From an uncultured Thermotogae bacterium (GTDB taxonomy: Bacteria > Bipolaricaulota > Bipolaricaulia > UBA7950 > UBA9294), in assembly GCA_964654805.1 (NCBI GenBank), contig CAZZJU010000001.1, positions 1 to 43,369 on the forward strand: a DNA stretch of 43,369 nucleotides, read 5' to 3'. Of this stretch, positions 9,401-17,553 are shown one piece after another. Both the position numbers and the translations under genes were made by a program. Below the pieces are notes generated by a model. It worked only from the letters and a program-made list of their open reading frames with translations, was not told the origin of the DNA and did no database searches. How positions within the stretch are numbered: the first letter of the stretch is position 1; each line of letters opens with the position of its first letter.

Positions 9401-10329
9401 TCAATGACCTTTCGCAGTCCCTCCCCGAGGCTCGTCTGTGGGGTAAACCCGAGGATCTCATGGGCGCGGGAGATATCCAGTCGGCTCTCCATGAGCTCCC
9501 CTGGGCGTGGGGCCCCATGAACCGCTTCCTTTTCAAAACCGATGGCCTCGGCGAGCATCCGGTAAAGTTCGTTGACCGAGGTGGAGACTCCGGATCCGAT
9601 GTTGAACGCGCAGTCGTCCGGGGTATTTGGTTCCCCAGTGTGGTGATATAGATAGTCAATCGCCAGCAGGTTGGCGCGGGCAACGTCGCCGACGAACACG
9701 TAATCGCGCACTTGGTCGCCGCTGCCGAAGATCGTCGGTGTCTTCCCGGCGAGGATGGCTCCGGCAAATATCGATACCACCCCAGCTTCGCCCTTCGGGT
9801 CTTGACGCGGTCCGTACACGTTTCCATAGCGCAGGGCAACTGTGGGTAACCCAAACGTCTTCTGGTAGACAAACATGTAGTTTTCCACCGCTGCTTTTGC
9901 CGCTCCATACGGACTGATTGGCGCCTTAACCGCTGTCTCCATTGCTGGGACCGGGGTCTCTCCGTAGATTGCCCCGCCGGAGGAGGCGAAGATAAAACCG
10001 TCGACTTTATGCTTTACCGCTTGATCGAGTAAGTTGATCGAACCGACGATGTTTACAGCGGCATCGAAGGCGGGATCCGCGACCGAGCGACGGATATCAA
10101 TCTGCGCGGCGTGGTGGTTCACGATCTGCGGGTGGAACTGCGAGAACATTCGCTCCAGCGCGGATGCATCCCGAATGTCGAGCTTCGTGAATAGAGCCTT
10201 CGGATTGAGGTTTTCCGCCTTGCCGGTGGAAAGGTCGTCGATCACAAGGACCTCGTGCCCGGCGGAGATGTACTCATCTACAATATGGGAGCCGATGAAT
10301 CCAGCTCCACCTGTGACTACTATGCGCAT
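9385..10329 (-). CDS. NAD-dependent sugar-nucleotide epimerase/dehydratase (GalE-like)
   Basis: It has MRIVVTGGAGFIGSH (GxxGxxG) and the SDR catalytic YGAAK. Confidence 0.85.
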   Translation of the reverse strand: MRIVVTGGAGFIGSHIVDEYISAGHEVLVIDDLSTGKAENLNPKALFTKLDIRDASALERMFSQFHPQIVNHHAAQIDIRRSVADPAFDAAVNIVGSINLLDQAVKHKVDGFIFASSGGAIYGETPVPAMETAVKAPISPYGAAKAAVENYMFVYQKTFGLPTVALRYGNVYGPRQDPKGEAGVVSIFAGAILAGKTPTIFGSGDQVRDYVFVGDVARANLLAIDYLYHHTGEPNTPDDCAFNIGSGVSTSVNELYRMLAEAIGFEKEAVHGAPRPGELMESRLDISRAHEILGFTPQTSLGEGLRKVIDWLKS

Positions 10330-10393
10330 CTTACCCCCTTTTGATTTATCCGGGGGAAAGCCTACCCCGAACCTGTTCGCCGTTCAAGACGAG

Positions 10394-12190
10394 TCAGGGC
10401 GATGTTGTACCACGGGTGGCACGGTAAGACGCCAATGCTTCCTCTAGTTCCAATTGCGTTATTCGTTCTCCGCGACATGATCCAGAAGGAAGTGGATCAG
10501 AAAACCGCGTGGGGAGGATATCGTCGGCGGTAGTGAATCCTATCTGTGCATTTAACTCCCGAAGCAATGAGTAGTTTCTTCTCCCGATTTCGAGCATCTC
10601 TTTCGAATTAATGCGCCGACCAGTGAGGGCGTACAAGAGTTCCAGGATGTGATTGTACGGGTAATGCTCTCCTACGGCAAGGCTGGCCGATACAAATGAG
10701 CATATGATAAGCGAATTAGTGAACGACATTAGGTCTTCATAAATGGTACATAGCTCTGGTTTCCTATCCCACGAGCACCACGCGACGGTTCCCGTTACCC
10801 CGAGTGCGGGAGTGGGATCAGACTGCACACCGATGAAATCCTCATCGTCCAATCCCTCCATGTGTGTTGCTCCGCGTGGACTAGTGGCATAACTTATTCC
10901 CATTCCTTTTTTAACGCGCACATCATGCATCGGTACAGCTTGTCCTTTAACGTGGAGGACAAATTCTTTTCCCCATTCCCTCTCCAATGTGCGCATGCCC
11001 GCCGCGAGGAGTTTTCCAACGCCTTCCCGATGTGCAATTTCGTCGATTAGCTTCAACAACCGCGTGGAGTCGCCCCACTCGATCCCATCGGAGCGGGAAA
11101 GCAATCCACGCTCTGTTGCCTCCATAGCTGCGGCGATTGCGCTTCCAGTAGTGATCGTGTCAATGCCGTATGCGTTGCACTTAAGATTGGCCAGCGCTAA
11201 AGCCGAAAGATCGTCGATCATGCACAGCGAGCCCAGCGCGGCGAGTGTCTCATACTCGGGGCCACCGCCGTCGACCGGTTGCCCGTCGTATTCCGTATGC
11301 ACAACTCGTTTGCAAGCGACCGGACACCCATAGCAAGTGTCACGCCGTACCAAGATCGTATCAGCCATCACTTCACCGGAGATCCGCTCCGCTCCTGAGA
11401 ATACACCAAGGCGAAAGTTTTTAGTGGGGAGTATTCCAAGCGAATTCAACTCCAAGACGCATTTTGCTGTTCCCAATTTCCTTCTGCGCTGAATCCCGGG
11501 AATAGACATCAGAAAGCGTGAATATTCATGGCTGAGGGCATTGAAATTTTGTGCGTCGAAGACTGGTTTTGTTGTATCTCCGACGACGACCACTGCTTTG
11601 AGCCGTTTCACGCCTAAAACTGCTCCGAACCCCGGGCGGCCAGCGGCACGGGCGTGGTCGTTTATTACACACGCGAACGATACTCCGTTCTCTCCAGCGA
11701 TCCCGATTGTTGCCACACGAGCCCCGGGATGGCGAGAGCGCAATGTTTTTTCTGCTTTTATTGTATCCATTCCCCATAGATCAGCAGCATCGCGAATTTC
11801 GACTTTACGAGAGCGGATTACCAGGTAAACCGGCCGGTCCGCTCGGCCACGGATGATCAGGCCATCGTAGCCAGACTTTCCCAATTCATGAGGGAAATAC
11901 CCGCCCACGAACGAATCGCTGACTCCGCCAGTGACCGGTGACACCCCCATTACAGCATTGCGACTTCCACCAGCGATTCCCGTCCCCTGAAATGGTCCGG
12001 TCGTGAACAGAAGCAAGTTGTCTTCTCCCAAGGGCTCGACTGGAATAGTGATCTCCTCTTGCAGAATCCGTGCGCCTATCCCTCTGCCACCCAGATGATC
12101 ATCCTGCCACGTGGCTGGGATTTGATAATCGCGCACACGCATGGTTGAAAGGTCGATATCGGCATAGCGGCCGTAACTACCGAATATCAT
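10394..12190 (-). CDS. aor: Aldehyde:ferredoxin oxidoreductase (tungstopterin AOR family), paralog 1
   Basis: ATG at 12190 is preceded by AGGAGA overlapping the upstream permease stop, so the ORF-track start at 12262 is rejected. It has the AOR N-terminus MIFGSYGRYADIDLS, EYETLAALGS and the Fe-S motif CYGCPVAC. Confidence 0.9.
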   Translation of the reverse strand: MIFGSYGRYADIDLSTMRVRDYQIPATWQDDHLGGRGIGARILQEEITIPVEPLGEDNLLLFTTGPFQGTGIAGGSRNAVMGVSPVTGGVSDSFVGGYFPHELGKSGYDGLIIRGRADRPVYLVIRSRKVEIRDAADLWGMDTIKAEKTLRSRHPGARVATIGIAGENGVSFACVINDHARAAGRPGFGAVLGVKRLKAVVVVGDTTKPVFDAQNFNALSHEYSRFLMSIPGIQRRRKLGTAKCVLELNSLGILPTKNFRLGVFSGAERISGEVMADTILVRRDTCYGCPVACKRVVHTEYDGQPVDGGGPEYETLAALGSLCMIDDLSALALANLKCNAYGIDTITTGSAIAAAMEATERGLLSRSDGIEWGDSTRLLKLIDEIAHREGVGKLLAAGMRTLEREWGKEFVLHVKGQAVPMHDVRVKKGMGISYATSPRGATHMEGLDDEDFIGVQSDPTPALGVTGTVAWCSWDRKPELCTIYEDLMSFTNSLIICSFVSASLAVGEHYPYNHILELLYALTGRRINSKEMLEIGRRNYSLLRELNAQIGFTTADDILPTRFSDPLPSGSCRGERITQLELEEALASYRATRGTTSP

Positions 12191-12197
12191 TTTTCTC

Positions 12198-13034
12198 CTA
12201 GTGACGGTGGAGCGTCGGATCGAGAGCATCACGCATCGCATCTCCCAGTAGGTTAAATCCAAGCACAGTGATCGCGATCGCTAGCCCGGGGAAGGTCGCG
12301 ATCCATGGGGCAGAGAGCATGAAGTCTCGTCCTCCACTCAGCATCGCACCCCATTCTGGGGTTGGGGGCTGTGCACCAAGCCCAAGGAATCCAAGACCGG
12401 CTGCTTCGATTATTGCTGCTCCAGCAGTGAGGGTAGCCTGGACGATGATCGGAGCCATCGCATTGGGGAGGATATGTTGGAACATGATCCGTGGATCGTT
12501 CGCTCCCATGGCACGAGCTGCAGTGATGTAGTCGGTCTCCTTAATGGAAAGGACGGAACTTCGTAGGATACGCGCGTATTGAGGAGCGTACACTATACCG
12601 ATCGCTATCATCGCGTTGATCAGACCCGGCCCAAGAATGGCGATAGTAAGCATTGCGAGAAGCAAGTAAGGGAATGCCATCATCACGTCAACTCCGCGCA
12701 TAATGAGGAAATCCCACCACCCACCGTAGAATGCCGCAATCAATCCCAGCAAACAGCCGATACCGAGGGCGACCCCGTCGGCTAAGAGTCCGCTCAGCAG
12801 TGCATAACGGGTACCATACACGATCCGGCTGAATATATCGCGACCGTAGCGATCTGTGCCTAAGAAATGGGTCAGGGACGGGGGCTGGAGTTGCTGGGTG
12901 AACTGCTGCTCAATTGGGTCATACGGTGCAATATAGTGTGCAAATGCAGCTAGGATCAGAATGACGGTGAGTATGGCCAATCCTACGATGCCGGCTTTGC
13001 TCTTGAGGAAGTATTTGAACGTCGCGGATAGCAT
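12198..13034 (-). CDS. Peptide/nickel (Opp/Dpp-type) ABC permease, DppC-like
   Basis: It is a 278-aa polytopic protein with HFLGTDRYGRDIFSR and the EAA-type loop ETDYITAARAMGANDPRIMFQHILPN. Confidence 0.9.
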   Translation of the reverse strand: MLSATFKYFLKSKAGIVGLAILTVILILAAFAHYIAPYDPIEQQFTQQLQPPSLTHFLGTDRYGRDIFSRIVYGTRYALLSGLLADGVALGIGCLLGLIAAFYGGWWDFLIMRGVDVMMAFPYLLLAMLTIAILGPGLINAMIAIGIVYAPQYARILRSSVLSIKETDYITAARAMGANDPRIMFQHILPNAMAPIIVQATLTAGAAIIEAAGLGFLGLGAQPPTPEWGAMLSGGRDFMLSAPWIATFPGLAIAITVLGFNLLGDAMRDALDPTLHRH

Positions 13035-13043
13035 TGCTTCTCC

Positions 13044-14045
13044 TTAATAACGGATTCTTGGGTCGATATAGGCGTATGACACGTCCACCAGTAGGTTGAC
13101 CACTACTACTGCTAGCGCAGTGAACAGCACTAGTGCTTCCACCACCGGATAATCGCGGAACAGGATCGAAGTGACGGCCAGCCTGCCGATTCCGGGCATA
13201 GCAAACACTGTTTCGGTCAGAATCGCTCCGCACAACAGGTTTCCGAACTGTAGACCTACTACAGTAATTACTGGTAGAAGGGCATTTCTCAGGGCATGGC
13301 GTAGGATAACAACGTTCTCGCTCAGACCTTTAGCGCGGGCAGTGTTCACATAATCCTTTTGCAAAACCTCAAGCAGGGAGGAACGCATCATGCGAGCAAT
13401 GATTGCCATTGGTAGGGCACCGAGTGCTATTCCGGGCAAGACCAAATGGCGGAGAACATCGACGAAAGCAGTCCAGTTACCGGTGAGAGCTGCATCCAAT
13501 AAATGAAATCCAGTTATATGCTGGAGGGTTATGCCGTTAGAGATAATCCCAGTGAACGGAAACCAACGTAACCGGAGGCTGAACAGCATCATGAGCAGCA
13601 CCGCTGTCCAAAAGATCGGCATGGAAATCCCCAATACCGCTCCGGCCATGAGAATGTTGTCGAACAGAGAGTACTGACGGACGGCGGCGAATATCCCCGC
13701 CGGTATGGCAATAATCATTGAAAACAGGATGGCGACCAACGACAGCTGTATCGTGACTGGAAACGCACGCATCACAGCCCCAGTTGCTGGCTCCATTGTC
13801 TGATACGATACTCCGAAGTTCCCGGTGATCGCGTGTTTGAGGAATATCCCGTATTGCACGTATATCGGTTTATCCAACCCGAGTTCATGCCGAAGTTTGG
13901 CTACCTCTTCGTGCCCTCCCTTCTCTCCGATCAGTGTTTGAGCTACATCGCCGGGCACGAAGTGCATGGCAAGAAACACAAGCAGAGTGATCCCGAACAA
14001 TACCGGGACAAGCGCAATCAACCTCTTGATAATATATTCCAGCAT
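13044..14045 (-). CDS. Peptide/nickel (Opp/Dpp-type) ABC permease, DppB-like
   Basis: It has N-terminus MLEYIIKRLIALVPVLFGITLLVF and DYVNTARAKGLSENVVILRHALRNA. Confidence 0.9.
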   Translation of the reverse strand: MLEYIIKRLIALVPVLFGITLLVFLAMHFVPGDVAQTLIGEKGGHEEVAKLRHELGLDKPIYVQYGIFLKHAITGNFGVSYQTMEPATGAVMRAFPVTIQLSLVAILFSMIIAIPAGIFAAVRQYSLFDNILMAGAVLGISMPIFWTAVLLMMLFSLRLRWFPFTGIISNGITLQHITGFHLLDAALTGNWTAFVDVLRHLVLPGIALGALPMAIIARMMRSSLLEVLQKDYVNTARAKGLSENVVILRHALRNALLPVITVVGLQFGNLLCGAILTETVFAMPGIGRLAVTSILFRDYPVVEALVLFTALAVVVVNLLVDVSYAYIDPRIRY

Positions 14046-14069
14046 ATAATCTGTCCCTCACGAATGAAC

Positions 14070-14099
14070 GGGGGATGGACGAACCAACGTCCATCCCCC
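14070..14099 (-). promoter_or_regulatory. Intercistronic GC-rich stem-loop directly after the SBP gene
   Basis: GGGGGATGGACG-6 nt-CGTCCATCCCCC forms a perfect 12-bp stem. It lies between the SBP stop (14115) and the permease start (14045). No U-run follows it. Confidence 0.6.
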
Positions 14100-14114
14100 A
14101 AGAAAGGTTATGTT

Positions 14115-15713
14115 TTAGGGCTCTTTCCAAATCTGATCCGCATAGAAGAACATCGATAATGGATCGAGTTGGAACCCATGCACCTTAGTGGTCGATGCTC
14201 GAACGAGCACCCCGTTGGTGAGCCAGACATCCCCAGCATCCTTCCAAATTAGATCGAGCGCTTTGTCGATCAACTGTGCTCGCTTGTCTGGATCGGCGCA
14301 CACTCGCTCTTGTTCGATCAATGAATCGATCTCAGGACGATTGTCAAACGCATGAGGGATGTTCCCTGCCTTCCCGTAGTATAGATAATACAGGAAGTTA
14401 TCCGGATCGCCGCAGTCTGCGGTCCAGCCGCGCAGGTCCATCCCGTCCTTGAAGTTCGGATCACGGGTAGTGCGCAGGTAAGATCCCCACTCGAGCTGGG
14501 TTATATGAACGTTAATTCCGACCTTCTTCCAGTAACCCTGCAGGGCGGTAGCGAGCTTCCCTCCCGCGGGGTTATAGCTGCGCGGGTTCCCATAGGTATA
14601 GAGGTTGCAATCGAACCCGTTCGGGTATCCTGCTTCGGTAAGGAGCTGTTTTGCCTTCTCCGGATTGTACGCGTAGTCGGGCTCCAACTCGCGGTAACCC
14701 GGCATTCCCGGCGGCATCGGTGAGCGCATCGGTACGGCTAATCCCTGATATAAGTACTCACAGAGTTCCTTTTTGTTGACCGCGTAGTTCAGTGCCTGGC
14801 GGACGCGGATGTCATTGAACGGTGGAACCATGCGCGGGATTCCAATGTAGTTGACGAGTAAGGCTGTGAGTTTGTACAGCTTGACACCGGGATCGTTTTC
14901 GAGTACTTTGATACTCTCTGGCGGTACGTTCATCATGATGTCAATCTCTCCTGCTTGAAGCATCATGGTGCGTACCGAGCCTTCCGGAATCTGTTTGAAA
15001 ATGATCTTGTCAACCTTGGGCTTGCCGCGCCAATAATTCGGGTTAGCTTTGACCGTAACATGGTCGTTGGGAACCCACTCTACGAATTCGAACGGTCCGG
15101 TTCCTACCGGATGCTTGTATACTTCCAGTCCGTATTTTTCCACCGCGGCTGGGCTGACGATACCGAACCAGACCATTGCCAGGTCTTGGAGTAGCGGAGC
15201 GTAGGGATGGGATAATGTCAACTCAAACGTGTAATCATCCACTACCTTGTAGCTGGCCACATTCGCTTCCAATGTCCCGGGGACGTAACTATCGATTCCC
15301 TTGCGTTTGGCATAATAATAAGGGTAATTAGGGTCCAATAAGCGATCAAACACCAGTTTCAACGCGTGTGCGTCAAACTTCGTCCCGTCATGGAACGTCA
15401 CCCCATGACGGAGGTGGAAAGTGTACACCAGGCCATCAGGGGAAATGTCCCAACTCTCCGCCAATCCAGGCACGATCTTCACCGACCCAGGGCCATACTC
15501 CACTAGCCGATTGTAAATCGTGGCCATGATGAATGCCGCTTCGTTGTTCATTACACACTCCGGATCGAGCCCACCAGCCGGGTCCGCCGCTGTACCAACG
15601 ACCAGTGTCCCACCGTAATGCACATTATCTTCCGCGGCAGCTGCTATTCCTACGATGAGCAGCAGAGCGGCAAACACTACCCCTAATAACAATCTGTGAC
15701 GAGAAAACAGCAT
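14115..15713 (-). CDS. ABC substrate-binding protein, family 5 (peptide/nickel type)
   Basis: It is 532 aa with signal peptide MLFSRHRLLLGVVFAALLLIVGIAAAA. The size and motifs such as PGLAESWDISPDG and TFHLRHGVTFHDG fit SBP family 5. Confidence 0.9.
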   Translation of the reverse strand: MLFSRHRLLLGVVFAALLLIVGIAAAAEDNVHYGGTLVVGTAADPAGGLDPECVMNNEAAFIMATIYNRLVEYGPGSVKIVPGLAESWDISPDGLVYTFHLRHGVTFHDGTKFDAHALKLVFDRLLDPNYPYYYAKRKGIDSYVPGTLEANVASYKVVDDYTFELTLSHPYAPLLQDLAMVWFGIVSPAAVEKYGLEVYKHPVGTGPFEFVEWVPNDHVTVKANPNYWRGKPKVDKIIFKQIPEGSVRTMMLQAGEIDIMMNVPPESIKVLENDPGVKLYKLTALLVNYIGIPRMVPPFNDIRVRQALNYAVNKKELCEYLYQGLAVPMRSPMPPGMPGYRELEPDYAYNPEKAKQLLTEAGYPNGFDCNLYTYGNPRSYNPAGGKLATALQGYWKKVGINVHITQLEWGSYLRTTRDPNFKDGMDLRGWTADCGDPDNFLYYLYYGKAGNIPHAFDNRPEIDSLIEQERVCADPDKRAQLIDKALDLIWKDAGDVWLTNGVLVRASTTKVHGFQLDPLSMFFYADQIWKEP

Positions 15714-15793
15714 TGCGTACCTCCTTAAATCGTTTTCGATTCCCGAGTTGCCAGACAGCGTCGTTTCTTGTTACTCCATAACATCCCCCCTTT

Positions 15794-16600
15794 TTACCGC
15801 CTTAACGGCAGGCGGACTTTTTGAAATTCATCGATGAATTCCGAAATGTATTCAGCCACTTTTTCCATAACCTCTCGCCCCAGTGCAGGGCTTGCCGCGG
15901 TAGGAGGCACGGAATGATCTGCTTCGGGTGAAGCGCCATATTCGATCATGTCTCCCGTATCCGTGTAATCGCGCGTGCGCAGAGAGACATGAATCAATCC
16001 GGATTTGAACCTGCATGCGTGTATGTCGTCCAGGATGAGGACATCGCTTAAGTTATTGCGCACCGGGATCTGGGCCCTGTCCAGATCGACGATCTTGTCA
16101 TTTATCGCTAATACCAAACTGGTCTCAAGGAAATCCCCATGACCAATTAACGCCCAGCTTGGATTGATCGCCTGGGCTGATTCCCACCACAGCACAGTGG
16201 CAGCAAGTACCTCCTTTTTGCGCAGGTAATTCCCCACCGTAGTGAGGGGGCCGAGGTTACCGCCATGTCCATTGATAAACACGATGTGAGTAACCCCGTA
16301 GGACACAAAGTAATCACATATCTCTTGATAAACCTCAACCAGAGTTCTTTCAGTAAGTGACAGAGTGCCGGGAAAATCGGCATGATAATCGGCATACCCG
16401 ATCGGAATCGCCGGTGCTACGACCGCCGGACTAATCTCACTTACGCGTCGGGCGAGTGTCTGAGCGATCAGGTAATCAGTGCCTACCGGCAGGTGAGGTC
16501 CATGTTGTTCTATACTCCCGGTAGGGATCACTACCGTCTTGGTTTCGGTCAGCGCAGCTGCCGCCTGTGGCCAAGTCATCTCTTCCAACAAATAGCCCAC
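15794..16600 (-). CDS. Creatininase-family amidohydrolase
   Basis: GTG at 16600 is preceded by AGGAGG at a 4-nt spacer, so the ORF-track start at 16657 is rejected. Motifs include PTGSIEQHGPHLPVGTD and FINGHGGN. Confidence 0.8.
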   Translation of the reverse strand: MGYLLEEMTWPQAAAALTETKTVVIPTGSIEQHGPHLPVGTDYLIAQTLARRVSEISPAVVAPAIPIGYADYHADFPGTLSLTERTLVEVYQEICDYFVSYGVTHIVFINGHGGNLGPLTTVGNYLRKKEVLAATVLWWESAQAINPSWALIGHGDFLETSLVLAINDKIVDLDRAQIPVRNNLSDVLILDDIHACRFKSGLIHVSLRTRDYTDTGDMIEYGASPEADHSVPPTAASPALGREVMEKVAEYISEFIDEFQKVRLPLRR

Positions 16601-16613
16601 ATTACCTCCTTTT

Positions 16614-17288
16614 TCAGATGTCACGTCCCCCGGGAAGGAACAATTTCTCCGATGCAAGAAAGTGCTGATCGATAATCTGTTTTATCCTCTCTTTGTCCTT
16701 GTTTTTTAATGCTTCGAGGATCGCACGGTGGCGATCGATCATCTCCTGACCGTGCTGAGCGATATAGCGTTTATCCACTTGCGTGGCTACTTGTTGGTGA
16801 GTTATCTCCAGCACTGGAAAGAGAGCTCTCTCCAAGAAAGGGTTCTTCGCCGCAGCCGCTAAGCTGAGATGAAAATCGCGGTCGGCTGATGTGTAGTCAT
16901 CGTAGTTCCCCAGGGATAGCGAAGTGACAATAGCGTTGAAGCACTCCTCTATTTTCTTGATGTCAGTAGGTTCAGCCTTTTCAATTGCCAGCCGGGCGAG
17001 GACTACCTCCAGGATCCGTCGTGCCTCCCATACCTCCCCCAGACTTTCGTTCTCCTGGAGAGCGGCTATTGCTGCTTCCACCCCGGTCAGTCTGTCTACT
17101 CCCTTAGCTACGTACGTTCCATCCCCGATGCGCCTTTCTATCACTCCCATGACTTGGAGGGCACTGAACGCCTCACGTACAGCAGCCCTACCGACTCCAA
17201 GAGTCTCTGCCAGGACGCGCTCTGACGGGAGTCGGTCCCCAACTCGGTAATGTTGTGCTTCAATAGCTTTTACGATTTCATCGATCAC
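16614..17288 (-). CDS. GntR-family transcriptional regulator (FadR/FCD-type)
   Basis: It has the wHTH segment LPSERVLAETLGVGRAAVREAFSALQVMGVIERRIGDGTYV and an all-helical C-terminal domain. GTG at 17288 has no SD. The start may instead be CTG at 17336, which lies 8 nt after a perfect SD. Confidence 0.85.
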   Translation of the reverse strand: MIDEIVKAIEAQHYRVGDRLPSERVLAETLGVGRAAVREAFSALQVMGVIERRIGDGTYVAKGVDRLTGVEAAIAALQENESLGEVWEARRILEVVLARLAIEKAEPTDIKKIEECFNAIVTSLSLGNYDDYTSADRDFHLSLAAAAKNPFLERALFPVLEITHQQVATQVDKRYIAQHGQEMIDRHRAILEALKNKDKERIKQIIDQHFLASEKLFLPGGRDI

Positions 17289-17339
17289 GAACGACGTGCG
17301 ACTTCTTTGTGTAGGAAAGTTTGAGAAATTTACCAGTTA

Positions 17340-17352
17340 GATCACCTCCTTG
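17340..17352 (-). promoter_or_regulatory. Extended perfect Shine-Dalgarno CAAGGAGGTGATC in the GntR leader
   Basis: The same 13-mer occurs at 23191-23203. No ATG, GTG or TTG lies at normal spacing; only the in-frame CTG at 17336 does. Confidence 0.4.
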
Positions 17353-17367
17353 ACTAGATATTGTTCA

Positions 17368-17385
17368 TACCGGTCAGTCCAATAT
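17368..17385 (-). promoter_or_regulatory. Candidate operator, reading ATATTGGACTGACCGGTA on the gene strand
   Basis: The 18 nt are identical to 23266-23283. The site sits immediately downstream of the predicted -10 of the GntR operon promoter. Confidence 0.45.
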
Positions 17386-17386
17386 C

Positions 17387-17415
17387 AATATATGGATAAA
17401 TACAGCATATGTCAA
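17387..17415 (-). promoter_or_regulatory. Sigma70-like promoter of the GntR/creatininase/ABC/AOR operon
   Basis: TTGACA (17415-17410), a 17-nt spacer, then TATATT (17392-17387). Confidence 0.5.
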
Positions 17416-17436
17416 GAGGAACTTGCGATTCACGTC

Positions 17437-17553
17437 TCAATGGAAGAGTAAAAGAAACACTCCAATGGCTATTCCACACCCAAGCACCGCTCCGACAAGA
17501 GCGGGAAGAAACAACTCGTACAACGCGATCACTGCACCCAGAAACTTACGCAT
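17437..17553 (-). CDS. Possible 38-aa hydrophobic micro-protein
   Basis: ATG at 17553 is preceded by AAGGAGGT and overlaps the ATPase stop (CATAATGCGTAA). The product MRKFLGAVIALYELFLPALVGAVLGCGIAIGVFLLLFH has one predicted TM helix. Confidence 0.4.
   Translation of the reverse strand: MRKFLGAVIALYELFLPALVGAVLGCGIAIGVFLLLFH

Noticed and set aside
17340-17352. The + strand reads GATCACCTCCTTG (also at 23191-23203), which looks like the 3' terminus of a 16S rRNA gene.
   Set aside because: There is no rRNA-like sequence upstream of either copy. On the gene strand these are simply perfect Shine-Dalgarno sequences in leaders.
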